Shown: positions 10,272 to 20,534, counted from the stretch's first letter. The stretch is DNA of 64,000 bases from Clostridiaceae bacterium (GCA_034926225.1 JAYFRF010000006.1:42501-106500); one strand, 5' to 3'. Notes: a model not told the origin generated them from the sequence alone. Numbers and translations are program-made.

Positions 10272-12392
10272 ATGATCAAGCACATGTCATTCCCCGGCTA
10301 CCATACCTTCTCCATGGAGCTTTGCGGCCGTACCCTCACCGTCGAAACCGGTAAGGTCGCGCAGCTTGCTAACGGCTCCTGCCTCGTCCGCTACGGCGAC
10401 ACCGTCCTGCTCGTGACCGCGACGATGTCCCCCACCCCCCGCGCCGGCATCGACTTTTTCCCGCTCTCCGTCGATTTTGAGGAACGTCTCTACGCCGTAG
10501 GCCGCGTGCCGGGCAGCTGGGGACGCCGCGAGGGCCGTCCGTCCGAAAAAGCCATCCTCGCCTCCCGTTTAATCGACCGTCCGGTGCGTCCTCTCTTTAG
10601 CAAGGATATGCGCAACGACGTCGCCGTCGCCTGCACTGTCATGAGCGTCGACCACGACAACATCCCCGAAATCGTCGCGATGATCGGTACCTCCATTGCG
10701 ATCTCCATCTCCGATATCCCGTGGAACGGCCCGATCTCCGGCTCCGTCGTGGGACTCGTGGACGGCAAGTACGTCCTCAATCCGAACGCCGCCGAGCGCA
10801 AGGAAAGCCGCATGCACGTCACTGTCGCCTCCACGCGCGACAAGGTCGCTATGATCGAAGCCGGCGCCGATCAGGTCGAGGATGAAATCGTTCTCGAAGG
10901 CATCATGAAGGCACACGAGCTGAATCGCACCGTCATCAAGTTCATCGACACCATCGTCGCTGCCGTCGGCAAGAAAAAGATCACCGCATACGCCGCCGCC
11001 CCGCATGACGACGAGCTGTCCGCGAAAGTCCACGACTACGCGCTCGAAAAGATGCGTGTATGCATGGATACCGATGACAAGACCGTGCGCGACGCGCGTC
11101 TTGTCGTGCTGACCGCCGATGTTAAGGAGCATTTCGCTGAAGAATACCCCGACGCGGACGCACTCATCGGCGACGCGATGTATAAGCTCGAGAAATTCGT
11201 CGTACGCGATTGGCTGCTGCAGGGAAAGCGCGTCGACGGGCGTGCGATGGACGCCGTTCGTCCGCTTGCGGCTGAGGTCGGCGTACTGCCGCGCACCCAC
11301 GGCTCCGGACTCTTTACCCGCGGCCAGACGCAGGTGCTGACCGTCGCGACACTCGGCACCATCGGCGATGTCCAGACGCTCGACACGATCTACGAGGAAG
11401 AAACCAAGCGTTATATGCACCACTATAACTTCCCGTCGTACTCCGTCGGCGAAGCCAAGCCCTCGCGCGGCCCCGGCCGCCGCGAAATCGGCCACGGCGC
11501 TCTGGGTGAGCGCGCGCTCGACCCGGTCATCCCGTCCGAATCGGAGTTCCCCTACTGCATCCGCCTTGTATCCGAGGTGCTGTCGTCGAACGGCTCGACT
11601 TCCCAAGGCTCGATCTGCGGCTCGACGCTCGCACTGATGGACGCCGGCGTGCCGATCAAGGCGCCGGTCGCCGGCATCTCCTGCGGCCTCATCACCGAGG
11701 GCGACCGCTGGCAGACATTTACCGATATCCAGGGCGTCGAGGACTTCTTCGGCGACATGGACTTCAAGGTCGCCGGCACCAAGACGGGCATCACCGCGAT
11801 TCAGATGGACCTGAAGATCGACGGTCTGACCCGCGACATCATCGCGTCGGCGTTCGAACGCACGAAGAAGGCGCGCTTTGAGATCCTCGACGAGGTCATG
11901 CTGCCCTGCATCGCAAAGCCCCGCGAGGAGCTTTCGCCGTACGCGCCGAAGATGCTGTCGACGAAGATCGATCCGGAGAAGATCCGCGAGGTCATCGGTA
12001 AAGGCGGCTCCGTGATCCAGAAGATCACCGCCGAAACCGGCACGAAGATCGACATCGAGGATGACGGCTCCGTGTTCATCTCGGCGATCGACATCGACGC
12101 CTGCCGCCGCGCGATGGCGTGGGTGATGGGCATCGCGCATGATCCGACGGCGGGTGACGTCTATTACGGCCGCGTCACGCGCGTGATCCCGATCGGCGCG
12201 TTTGTGGAGCTGGCTCCGGGCAAGGAAGGCCTCGTGCACATCTCGAAGCTTGAAAACCACCGCGTCGCGAAGGTCGAGGACGTGCTCAACGTCGGCGACA
12301 TGACGTGGGTCAAGGTCATGGAGATCGACGAGAAGGGGCGCGTGAACCTGTCCCGCAAGGATGTCAAGGACGAAGAAAAGATTATCAAGTAA
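10272..12392 (+). CDS. pnp: Polyribonucleotide nucleotidyltransferase
   Basis: FFPLSVDFEE, RREIGHG, SNGSTS, GDMDFKVAGT, KH and S1 domains; follows rpsO. Confidence 0.99.
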   Translation: MIKHMSFPGYHTFSMELCGRTLTVETGKVAQLANGSCLVRYGDTVLLVTATMSPTPRAGIDFFPLSVDFEERLYAVGRVPGSWGRREGRPSEKAILASRLIDRPVRPLFSKDMRNDVAVACTVMSVDHDNIPEIVAMIGTSIAISISDIPWNGPISGSVVGLVDGKYVLNPNAAERKESRMHVTVASTRDKVAMIEAGADQVEDEIVLEGIMKAHELNRTVIKFIDTIVAAVGKKKITAYAAAPHDDELSAKVHDYALEKMRVCMDTDDKTVRDARLVVLTADVKEHFAEEYPDADALIGDAMYKLEKFVVRDWLLQGKRVDGRAMDAVRPLAAEVGVLPRTHGSGLFTRGQTQVLTVATLGTIGDVQTLDTIYEEETKRYMHHYNFPSYSVGEAKPSRGPGRREIGHGALGERALDPVIPSESEFPYCIRLVSEVLSSNGSTSQGSICGSTLALMDAGVPIKAPVAGISCGLITEGDRWQTFTDIQGVEDFFGDMDFKVAGTKTGITAIQMDLKIDGLTRDIIASAFERTKKARFEILDEVMLPCIAKPREELSPYAPKMLSTKIDPEKIREVIGKGGSVIQKITAETGTKIDIEDDGSVFISAIDIDACRRAMAWVMGIAHDPTAGDVYYGRVTRVIPIGAFVELAPGKEGLVHISKLENHRVAKVEDVLNVGDMTWVKVMEIDEKGRVNLSRKDVKDEEKIIK

Positions 12393-12402
12393 AACCGTTA
12401 AC

Positions 12403-12440
12403 AAAAAAGGGGCGGGCGCGTTGCCCGTCCCTCGTTTTTT
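12403..12440 (+). terminator. Rho-independent terminator after pnp
   Basis: AGGGGCGGGC-GCGTT-GCCCGTCCCT followed by T-run. Confidence 0.75.
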
Positions 12441-12471
12441 ATAATCCGCAGGAATTGAGGTTTTCACTTTA

Positions 12472-13689
12472 ATGGAACTGATCACATGTACAAACGGCGT
12501 GCGGATCGCATGCGAGCGCGTCCCCGACGTTCGCTCGGCATCCTTGGGCATCTGGGTGGCAAACGGCAGCCGGTATGAAAGCGCCGCCGAGAACGGCATT
12601 TCGCATTTTATCGAGCATATGCTCTTTAAGGGGACGGCGTCGCGCTCGGCGTCGGATATTGCCTCCGAGATGGATCGCCTGGGTGGGCAGTTTAACGCCT
12701 ATACCTCCAAGGAGAACACCACCTTCTACTTCCGCACGCTCGACGAGCAGCTCCTCCCCGCGATCGACGTGCTCGGGGACATGTTTTTTCACTCGCTGTT
12801 CCGGGACCGCGACATGACGCTGGAGCGCACCGTCGTCTACGAGGAAATCGACATGGTGGAGGACACGCCGGACGAGCTGGTGTCGGACAAGCTGGCGTCG
12901 CTCGCGTTTGAAGGCTCTCCTTTAGGCTGTCCGATCATCGGCACGCGGGAGACCCTGGCCCCCATGACGGGGAAAACGCTCCACGACTATATGGACACGC
13001 ATTACGTGCCGGGGAACACGGTGGTATCGCTCGCGGGGAGCTTTGACGACGCGGTCGTGGAGAAGCTGCGGGCGATCTTCGAAGCCTTGCCCGCGCGGGA
13101 AGTGCCCGTTGCCGCGCCCGCGGTGTACCACACGGGAGAAAGCTTTACCGAGAAGAAAATTGAACAGAACCACCTGTGCTTAGGGTTTCCCGGGATCGCG
13201 TACGACGCGCCGGATCGGTTCGAGGGGCAGGTATTTTCAAACATCCTCGGCGGCGGCATGAGCTCGCGGCTTTTTCAGCGGGTACGCGAGGACGCGGGGC
13301 TGTGCTATTCGATCTACACCTTCCAGAGCGCGCATGCGGACGCGGGGCTTTTCGGCGTCTACACGGCGTTGTCGGCGGCGAGCATGGCGCGTGCGGAGGG
13401 CTTAATCCGCGACGTGATCGAGGAATTCGTGCAAAACGGCCCAACCGAGGAGGAGCTTGCGCGCACGAAGGGACAGATCAAGTCGAACCTTTTGATGGGG
13501 CTTGAGTCCACGATGAGCCGGATGAACCGCATGGGGCAGGCGCTGCTGTTTTTAAACCGCGCGCCCTCGCTTGAGGAAACGCTCGCGCGCTACGAAGCTG
13601 TGACGCCGGAGGCCGTAACGGCCTTTGCGCGCAAGGTATGCGACTATTCAAAGCTCTCGCGGGCGGTAGTCGGCAAAGCGAAAGCGTAA
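12472..13689 (+). CDS. M16 (pitrilysin) family zinc peptidase
   Basis: HFIEHMLFKGT (HxxEH), NAYTSKE, GGGMSSRLFQ. Confidence 0.95.
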   Translation: MELITCTNGVRIACERVPDVRSASLGIWVANGSRYESAAENGISHFIEHMLFKGTASRSASDIASEMDRLGGQFNAYTSKENTTFYFRTLDEQLLPAIDVLGDMFFHSLFRDRDMTLERTVVYEEIDMVEDTPDELVSDKLASLAFEGSPLGCPIIGTRETLAPMTGKTLHDYMDTHYVPGNTVVSLAGSFDDAVVEKLRAIFEALPAREVPVAAPAVYHTGESFTEKKIEQNHLCLGFPGIAYDAPDRFEGQVFSNILGGGMSSRLFQRVREDAGLCYSIYTFQSAHADAGLFGVYTALSAASMARAEGLIRDVIEEFVQNGPTEEELARTKGQIKSNLLMGLESTMSRMNRMGQALLFLNRAPSLEETLARYEAVTPEAVTAFARKVCDYSKLSRAVVGKAKA

Positions 13690-13753
13690 CCAAAAAGTTC
13701 TAAATGGGCGTCCTTAGCACATAGACTGTCCTTGAAGTGTTGGGGGAGGGTTT

Positions 13754-14467
13754 ATGATGTTGGGGACGCTGTTTGCCGCGTTTGTCGGCGTTTTCGGCGC
13801 GGTTTTGGGGTTTCTCGTATCGTATCTGCTGCGGCCCCGGGCGCTTCGTTACGCGCTGCGGTTTGCGGCGGGTGTCATGCTGGGGGTCGCGGCGTTCGAA
13901 CTGATGCCGGAGGCGTTTGAGCGCGGGGGGCTTTGGCGCGTGCTGGGCGGGGTGATGCTGGGGCAATGGTTCTGCCTTATCTTACAGCTGGTTTTCGAGC
14001 GGCGTACGGGGCAGCGCGGGTTCTACGCGGCGGCTCTGTGCGCCGCCGCCGGCATTGCTGCGCATAATCTGCCGGAGGGCCTCGCCATCGGCGCGGGGTG
14101 CGCAGCGTCGGTTGTCCTTGGCCAGAGGCTTGCGCTGACGATCCTTTTACACGACATTCCCGAGGGCGCGGGGGTCGCGCTTCCGCTGCGGCTTTCGGGT
14201 AAACGCGCAGGAACGGTCTTTTTATGGACGGTGGCGGCGGGGCTGCCGACGGCACTGGGGGCAATGCTCGCACAGCTGTTTGGGGCGACGCCGGGAGACG
14301 CGACGCTCAGCATCGCGCTTGCCTTTGCGGGCGGCGCGATGCTCTGGGTAACGTTCGGCGCGCTGCTGCCGGCGTCGGAGGGCGAGCCGTACGGCCTTTG
14401 GGACGCTGTTGCGTGTATCGGAGGGCTGCTCGCGGGATTCATCGCATCCGCGCCGACGGGGATTTGA
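13754..14467 (+). CDS. ZIP (ZupT/GufA) family metal transporter
   Basis: FAAGVML, HNLPEGLAIG, LHDIPEG, FAGGAML. Confidence 0.9.
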   Translation: MMLGTLFAAFVGVFGAVLGFLVSYLLRPRALRYALRFAAGVMLGVAAFELMPEAFERGGLWRVLGGVMLGQWFCLILQLVFERRTGQRGFYAAALCAAAGIAAHNLPEGLAIGAGCAASVVLGQRLALTILLHDIPEGAGVALPLRLSGKRAGTVFLWTVAAGLPTALGAMLAQLFGATPGDATLSIALAFAGGAMLWVTFGALLPASEGEPYGLWDAVACIGGLLAGFIASAPTGI

Positions 14468-14471
14468 GCGG

Positions 14472-14514
14472 GTGCCGTCATTATTTTGCTTAAAATGCAA
14501 AATAATGACGGCAC
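14472..14514. terminator. Perfect 18-bp inverted repeat after ZIP gene (terminator-like)
   Basis: GTGCCGTCATTATTTTGC / GCAAAATAATGACGGCAC. Confidence 0.55.
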
Positions 14515-14627
14515 TCCCCTTTACATTTTTAAAAAAATGGTTTATACTAGACTTGGATAGATAGATTCATGAATTTATGAACAACTGCTCTTTTTGCGCA
14601 GTCACGGAAAGCGAGGGAAAATACGCG

Positions 14628-14876
14628 ATGCTTGACAATACCATTAAATTTCGTCTGAATGCCGACCGGGAACAGGAAATGCGCGATATTTTACTGACCG
14701 TGTACCGTGCGCTTGTCGAAAAGGGTTACGATCCCGTCAATCAGATCGTCGGATACCTTTTAAGCGAGGATCCGACGTATATCACCAACCATAAAAACGC
14801 CCGTGCGCTGATCCGCATGATCGACAGGGACGAGCTTTTACAGGAACTGGTCCGCAATTATTTGCAGGAAAAGTAA
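14628..14876 (+). CDS. ireB: IreB/ReoM (DUF965) regulatory phosphoprotein
   Basis: DNTIKF...[29 protein letters not shown]...DRDELLQEL; ATG 14628 with GAGG RBS. Confidence 0.92.
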   Translation: MLDNTIKFRLNADREQEMRDILLTVYRALVEKGYDPVNQIVGYLLSEDPTYITNHKNARALIRMIDRDELLQELVRNYLQEK

Positions 14877-14877
14877 T

Positions 14878-15831
14878 ATGAGCCTCGAAATGCGGCCTCT
14901 CGGGAAGACGGGGCTCTCTGTCTCCCGTATTTGCTTTGGCAGTCTGACCATGGCTCCCTTGCAGGGTAACTATGAGATCGACCGCGCCGCCGAGGTCATG
15001 TCCTATGCCTTCGCGCGCGGGATCAATTTCGTCGACTGCGCGCAGCTTTACCGCGTCTATCCCCAGGTTCGTGAAGCCCTAAAACGCAGCTCGGCAAAGG
15101 AAATCATCGTCGCATCCAAAGCCTACGCCTATACCCGCCGCATGGCGCTGGACGCCGTCGACGAAGCGCGGCACATGCTCGGACGCGACTGTATCGACAT
15201 CTTCATGCTCCACGAACAGGAGAGCATCTTCACCGTCAAGGGCCACCGGGAGGCGCTTGAAGCGCTGTTCGACCTCAAAAGGCAGGGCGTCATCCGTGCC
15301 GTCGGGCTGTCCACCCATCATGTCGCCGCCGTCGACGCAGCAACCGCCTTGGGTTTGGACGTCGTCTTCCCGCTGATCAACGTGGACGGCTGGGGCATCG
15401 TCGACGGTACCCGCGCGCAGATGGAACGCGCGATCGCCCGCGCGGCGGCGTCGGGCATCGGTGTATATGCGATGAAGGTCTTCGGCGGCGGAAATCTGCA
15501 TAATAAGCCGCGTGAGTGTTTGGAGTATATCCTAAACCTCCCGGGGCTTGCTTCCGTCGCCATCGGCATGCAAAGCGAGTCCGAGGTTGACGCGAACATC
15601 CACTTTTTTGAGACCGGCGCCTTCACTCCCGCCCAAGAGGCCGCTCTCCATGCCAAAAAGCGCCGGCTGCACATCGAAGAATGGTGCGTCGGCTGCGGCA
15701 AATGCGTCGAACGCTGTCCGAACGGCGCCGCGCATGTCGTTTGCGGGCATATGGTCCCCGATGACCGCAAATGTGTGCTCTGCGGCTACTGCGGCAGCGT
15801 GTGCGACCAATACGCGATTAAAATCATATAA
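14878..15831 (+). CDS. Aldo/keto reductase with C-terminal 2x[4Fe-4S] domain
   Basis: LGKTGLSVSRICFG; CVGCGKCVERCP and CVLCGYCGSVC. Confidence 0.9.
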   Translation: MSLEMRPLGKTGLSVSRICFGSLTMAPLQGNYEIDRAAEVMSYAFARGINFVDCAQLYRVYPQVREALKRSSAKEIIVASKAYAYTRRMALDAVDEARHMLGRDCIDIFMLHEQESIFTVKGHREALEALFDLKRQGVIRAVGLSTHHVAAVDAATALGLDVVFPLINVDGWGIVDGTRAQMERAIARAAASGIGVYAMKVFGGGNLHNKPRECLEYILNLPGLASVAIGMQSESEVDANIHFFETGAFTPAQEAALHAKKRRLHIEEWCVGCGKCVERCPNGAAHVVCGHMVPDDRKCVLCGYCGSVCDQYAIKII

Positions 15832-15902
15832 AAAGCGCTTATATCCCTTGTTCCCTACTCATTTTTACCAAAAATTGTCGGGAAATTTTAGTTAGTAAGC
15901 TC

Positions 15903-15960
15903 TTTACAAATAAAGAGTCTTATGTTATAATAGTTACGAAGTGGTAACAAGCGGTAACAT
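15903..15960 (+). promoter_or_regulatory. SigA promoter followed by GGTAACA direct repeats
   Basis: TTTACA-17-TATAAT (15903/15926); GTTACG, GGTAACA, GGTAACA repeats at 10-11 bp period. Confidence 0.55.
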
Positions 15961-16032
15961 TTCGGCGGATTTGGTCAAATCCCGAGAGAAACAAGCCTGC
16001 GTGTGACGCTTCAATAAAACGGAGGAAACGAC

Positions 16033-16341
16033 ATGGCACTTACCCCCAAAAAAGCCCCGGAGAATCTCGTATATCTCGACCGTCCGCTGCTGCGGCAGGA
16101 GGACGAACTGTATTACGGCGATATGCGGGATCCGTATATTGTAATGCTGCGGATTCTTGAGACGAAGAAGCAGGGCGACTTCACGGTCGCGTCGCGTGTG
16201 GCGGTATCGCTTCTGAAGACGGCGGCGGATACGGGTCCGCTGGAAAGAATCGTAAAGCACGGCGAGAAGCCCGGTCTGTATGATGCGCTGGACATCGGCG
16301 CGGTATGGCTGGAGCGTGCTTTGGCATCGGAGAAGGGATAA
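16033..16341 (+). CDS. Conserved hypothetical protein
   Basis: GGAGG RBS, host-like codon usage, first gene after the promoter. Confidence 0.75.
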   Translation: MALTPKKAPENLVYLDRPLLRQEDELYYGDMRDPYIVMLRILETKKQGDFTVASRVAVSLLKTAADTGPLERIVKHGEKPGLYDALDIGAVWLERALASEKG

Positions 16342-16380
16342 GTTATGTCGCTCCTTTGTGAGTAAAAGGAGTATGCACCA

Positions 16381-17406
16381 ATGGCAGAACCAAAATCGCA
16401 CTGCATGTGGAAAGCGCTGCGCACCCTTGCGGTAAGCGTGGCTGCGGCGGCGGCGCTGGCCGTTTGTTCCTTTGCGCTCGAGGGTACCGTTGACGCTTCT
16501 GTTCTGAATGTTCGTTCCGGGACTTCCGTAAAGTCCGATATCGTGACAAAGATCGCGCGGGGCGACGCCGTAGAAATCGAAGGGCGTCTCGGAAACTGGT
16601 ACCGGATTCAAGCAAACGGCAAATCGGGCTTCGTTTTTGTCGACTATATCGATTTTAGCGAGGACATCTATGTGGAGATCGGCTTCGGCGTCGTGGACGC
16701 GTCGAGCTCGTCGTCGACAGTGAACATCCGCACAGAGCCTTCCGCTGACAGTGAGCGTGTCACGCGTCTGCTGTCTGGCACGAAGGTACGTCTCCTCGGC
16801 TACACCGACGGCTGGTATTACATCCGCTTTGCGGAGTACGTCGGTTACATATCGGCTGATTACGTGAAGGTCTACGGCGTGGTTTACGGCGCGTCGACGG
16901 AAAACGATCCGAACGCGCTCGACCCGGACATCACGGAGGATCTGCCGAATTCGGCAAACTTCGCGACGATTGAGGAAACGATCAACCCGGTGCTCGTCGT
17001 ACAGGCGCTGGCGGCGTCCGCGACGACGTCGGAACGCACCAAGATCGTGGAGTATGCGATGAGCTTTATCGGCACCCGTTACGTATACGGCGGCGCGTCG
17101 CCGTCAACGGGCTTTGACTGCTCGGGATTTACGCAGTATGTATTCTCGAATTTCGGCTATTCGCTGAACCGTTCGTCCGCGGCGCAGATCAAGAACGGTA
17201 TATCGATCTCGAAGGACGAGCTGCGTCCGGGCGATCTGGTGTTCTTCTCCCGCGCGGGTTATTCGGTGGGGCACGTCGGCATCTACGTCGGTGACGGCAA
17301 CTTCATTCATGCGCCGTCGACGGGCGACTACGTTAAGATCACGAGTCTTGACGAAGGGTATTACACTGCGCGGTATGTCGGCGCGCAGCGTGTCGTAAAC
17401 GATTAA
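16381..17406 (+). CDS. SH3b x2 - NlpC/P60 (C40) peptidoglycan endopeptidase
   Basis: Signal peptide; LNVRSG and VNIRTEP SH3b repeats; YVYGGASPSTGFDCSG, HVGIY, FIHA. Confidence 0.93.
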   Translation: MAEPKSHCMWKALRTLAVSVAAAAALAVCSFALEGTVDASVLNVRSGTSVKSDIVTKIARGDAVEIEGRLGNWYRIQANGKSGFVFVDYIDFSEDIYVEIGFGVVDASSSSSTVNIRTEPSADSERVTRLLSGTKVRLLGYTDGWYYIRFAEYVGYISADYVKVYGVVYGASTENDPNALDPDITEDLPNSANFATIEETINPVLVVQALAASATTSERTKIVEYAMSFIGTRYVYGGASPSTGFDCSGFTQYVFSNFGYSLNRSSAAQIKNGISISKDELRPGDLVFFSRAGYSVGHVGIYVGDGNFIHAPSTGDYVKITSLDEGYYTARYVGAQRVVND

Positions 17407-17416
17407 GAAGCAGCAT

Positions 17417-17457
17417 AAAACCGCTTTCCCTTTGTATCAGGGGGAAGCGGTTTTTTT
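17417..17457 (+). terminator. Rho-independent terminator
   Basis: AAAACCGCTTTCCC...GGGGAAGCGGTTTTTTT. Confidence 0.8.
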
Positions 17458-17575
17458 GTTTTTGCAAATTTTTGATGACTTTTAGCTATCGACAAACAGG
17501 GGGCGGCTGTGGTACAATAGAGAAGGCGTATTCTTTGGCGCCAATCGGATGATAAACGGATGATTTTAAGAATCT

Positions 17576-18511
17576 ATGAAACTGGATTTTATCAACAGAC
17601 CGGAATACGGTGACTGCGAGCCGATTAGGCTCGTTTTAGACGATGTAGAGGGCATCCCGGCGGTGCTGACGCGGTATTCGACGAAAATCTTACCGCTGCG
17701 GCGGCACCGGCATGAGTATGTCCAAATTAACTATGTTCTGCGCGGCGGCGCGAGGCATGTGATCAACGGGCATGAGTTCGAGGTATCGAAGGGGGACATT
17801 TTCATTGTCCCCCCGTACGTGCCGCACAGCATCCTTCCGCTGCCGGACACGGCTGCGGCGGGCGAGGGCATCATCTGCGAATTTGAGTTCATGCCGGAGT
17901 TCATCAATTCGAACTTCACGGACTATGACGAAGCGCGGAGCTTTTTTGATTTTGCGTATATCGAGCCATTTTTAGTGACGGAAGCGCATGTACGGCCGTT
18001 TTTGAACCTGACGGGCACGCTGCAGCTGGAGGTAGAGGGCATTTTGGACGAGGCGTACGCCGAGTATATGGAGAAACGCGACGGGTACGGGCTGATCATC
18101 AAATCCCTCCTTTTAAAGCTGCTGGTTTTAGTCGGGCGGCGGTACACGGAGGCGATCCGCGCGGACGGCAGCATTTATGACCGGCACAGCCGGGCGATCC
18201 ACGACGTAATGCGGTTTGCAGAGGATCACTATGCGGAGGAGATCGCGCTCTCCGACGCAGCGCGCATCGCGATGCTGTCACCGTCCTATTTCCGCAACAT
18301 GTTCAAGGGCGTCACAGGCAAGACGTTTGTGGAGTATCTGATGCAAGTGCGGCTCGCACATGCCTGTGAGATGCTGACGAGAACAAACGTGGCGATAACG
18401 GACATTTGCGGTGAGGTCGGCTTCAACAGCGTGGCGCATTTCAACAAATCATTTAAGCGGACGATCGGCGAGACGCCGAGCGAATACCGCAGGAATCACG
18501 AGAATGCATAG
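17576..18511 (+). CDS. AraC family transcriptional regulator (cupin + HTH)
   Basis: HRHEY, PPYVPH cupin; VGFNSVAHFNKSFKRTIGETPSEYR. Confidence 0.93.
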   Translation: MKLDFINRPEYGDCEPIRLVLDDVEGIPAVLTRYSTKILPLRRHRHEYVQINYVLRGGARHVINGHEFEVSKGDIFIVPPYVPHSILPLPDTAAAGEGIICEFEFMPEFINSNFTDYDEARSFFDFAYIEPFLVTEAHVRPFLNLTGTLQLEVEGILDEAYAEYMEKRDGYGLIIKSLLLKLLVLVGRRYTEAIRADGSIYDRHSRAIHDVMRFAEDHYAEEIALSDAARIAMLSPSYFRNMFKGVTGKTFVEYLMQVRLAHACEMLTRTNVAITDICGEVGFNSVAHFNKSFKRTIGETPSEYRRNHENA

Positions 18512-18525
18512 AAAGGACGAAGCTT

Positions 18526-19140
18526 ATGGAGATGGAGACCTTCCTTGAGACGCTGGCGTCGGGATCGCCGACCCCCGGCGGCGGCGGCGCTGCGGCGCTT
18601 TCTGGCGCGGTATCGGCGGCGCTTTCGTCGATGGTCGCGAATTTAACCTCCGGCAAGAAGAAGTATGCGGAGTTTCAGCCGGAAATCGACCGGATCATAA
18701 CCGATACAGCGACGCTGCGGGCGGCGCTGTACGGCTTTATCGCGCGAGACGCGGCGGCATTCGCACCGCTGGCGCGCGCGTACGGGATCCCGAAGGACGC
18801 GCCGGGACGAGAGGAGATGCTGGAGGCTGCGCTGCACGAAGCGGCGGGGGTGCCTCTTGCACTGCTCGAGACGCTTTGCGAGCTGATACCGATCTGCGAG
18901 CGGCTGCTCGTGATCGGGTCGCGCCTAGCTCTCAGCGACGTAGGCTGCGCGTCAGCGGCGTGCCGGTGCGCGGCGGACAGCGCGGCGTTAAATGTATATA
19001 TCAACACGAAGCTGATGCACGACGCGGCATTTGCGGCGGCGCTGAACGCACGGACGGACGAGCTGACGGAACAAATCGACGCGGCGTGCGACAAGGTTTA
19101 CGGCGCGGTGCGGATGCGGATGCGGGGGGAGAAGGCATGA
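18526..19140 (+). CDS. fchA: Methenyl-THF cyclohydrolase (FTCD_C family)
   Basis: LASGSPTPGGGGAAAL, MVANLT, ALSDVG, ALNVYINT; adjacent to folD. Confidence 0.88.
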   Translation: MEMETFLETLASGSPTPGGGGAAALSGAVSAALSSMVANLTSGKKKYAEFQPEIDRIITDTATLRAALYGFIARDAAAFAPLARAYGIPKDAPGREEMLEAALHEAAGVPLALLETLCELIPICERLLVIGSRLALSDVGCASAACRCAADSAALNVYINTKLMHDAAFAAALNARTDELTEQIDAACDKVYGAVRMRMRGEKA

Positions 19141-19976
19141 CGGAATTACGGGGTATGCCGGTCGTAAAGGCAATGGCAGAGAAGCTGAAGGCGGAGATCG
19201 CGGCGATGGCGTCACGTGGCATTGTGCCGACACTTGCCATTTTACGCGTAGGCGAGCGCGGAGACGATCTGGCGTACGAACGCGGGGCGATCAAGCGGTT
19301 TACAGCGGCGGGAGCCGCTGTAAAGGTCATCGCGCTGCCCGAAACCTGCACGCAGGCGGAGCTGGAGGACGCGGTCAACGGGATCAACTCCGACGACGGC
19401 ATTCATTCCGCGTTGATCTTCCGGCCGTTGCCGAAAACGCTGTCAGAGGACCGCGTCAAAGCGCTGCTCGACCCGCGCAAGGACGCCGACTGCATGACCC
19501 CAAACAGCGCCGCGGCGCTGTTTATGGGGAAATGCGACTTCCCGCCGTGTACGCCGCAGGCTGTGCTGGAGCTTTTGGACTTCTATAAAATCCCGCTTGC
19601 GGGCGCGAAGGTTACGTTAATCGGGCGCAGCCTGGTCGTCGGCAAGCCGCTCGCGCTGCTCTTGATCGGTCGGAGCGCGACGGTCACGGTCTGTCACACG
19701 AAGACGCGCGAGCTTGCCGAGGAGTGCCGCAAGGCGGACATCCTCATCGCCGCGGCGGGTGCGGCGCGCATGGTGACGGCGGACTTTGTGCGCCCCGGGC
19801 AGGTCGTCGTAGACGTCGGGATCAATGTCGCGGGCGATACCCTGTGTGGAGACGTGGATTATGACGCGGTCGCCCCTGTCGTGGACGCGCTCACGCCGGT
19901 GCCCGGCGGTGTCGGGACGATCACGACGTCGGTACTTTTGGCAAACACGGTACGGGCGGCAAAATTGGCATCATAA
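19137..19976 (+). CDS. folD: Methylene-THF dehydrogenase (FolD family, probably monofunctional)
   Basis: PCTP, GRSLVVGKP, ATVTVCH, DVGIN, TPVPGGVG; ATGA overlap with fchA. Confidence 0.93.
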   Translation: MTELRGMPVVKAMAEKLKAEIAAMASRGIVPTLAILRVGERGDDLAYERGAIKRFTAAGAAVKVIALPETCTQAELEDAVNGINSDDGIHSALIFRPLPKTLSEDRVKALLDPRKDADCMTPNSAAALFMGKCDFPPCTPQAVLELLDFYKIPLAGAKVTLIGRSLVVGKPLALLLIGRSATVTVCHTKTRELAEECRKADILIAAAGAARMVTADFVRPGQVVVDVGINVAGDTLCGDVDYDAVAPVVDALTPVPGGVGTITTSVLLANTVRAAKLAS

Positions 19977-20087
19977 GGCTTTGCCGTCAGCCGTCGTAAA
20001 ACCTTCCCGCGCGGCCCATAAAAAAGCGTCCCCCCTATCGCGTCTTGGCATTCATCATGCCATGCGGCGGGGAGGGACACTTTGTTT

Positions 20088-20534
20088 TTATGATTGCTTT
20101 TTCTGTTTTCGGAAGACGACCCACTTCGACAAAACGTAGTTTAAAACGAGAATCAAGACGCTGATGATCCCCTTCGAGATCATATATTGAATCCCGCAGA
20201 TTTCATAAAGCAGGGAGAACCCGCCGGCTTCCACGAGCATCGTAAGGCCGCGGGCGGCGAAGAAGGAAACGGCCTCTCGGAACAGGTCGGCCCGGGTACG
20301 GCAATGGGTGCGGAAGACGACGAGTTTGTTGGCGACGTAGGCGAAAACGACGGCGCAGACGATGCTGAGGATGTTTGCGATATTGGCGTTGATGCCCGTG
20401 ATATTGACGAAGAACCATAGGGAGCCGAAGCTGACGGCGGTGGTGAGGGCGCCGATGACGGCGTAGCGCAAGAGTTCCTGTATCTTGTCGGACAGTAAGA
20501 TTGCCCGTAAACGCTGCCAGAGCTTTTGCATCAT
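20088..20534 (-). CDS. GtrA family flippase
   Basis: RYAVIGALTT, FAYVANKLVVF, NYVLSKWVVF. Confidence 0.9.
   Translation of the reverse strand: MMQKLWQRLRAILLSDKIQELLRYAVIGALTTAVSFGSLWFFVNITGINANIANILSIVCAVVFAYVANKLVVFRTHCRTRADLFREAVSFFAARGLTMLVEAGGFSLLYEICGIQYMISKGIISVLILVLNYVLSKWVVFRKQKKQS

Noticed and set aside
10569-12599. 676-aa minus-strand ORF and many other long overlapping ORFs
   Set aside because: Antisense shadows of GC-rich, codon-biased genes (here pnp); no RBS or motifs
15960-16030. c-di-AMP or other riboswitch upstream of the NlpC/P60 operon
   Set aside because: Only a short GGATTTG/CAAATCC hairpin; no ydaO consensus or terminator
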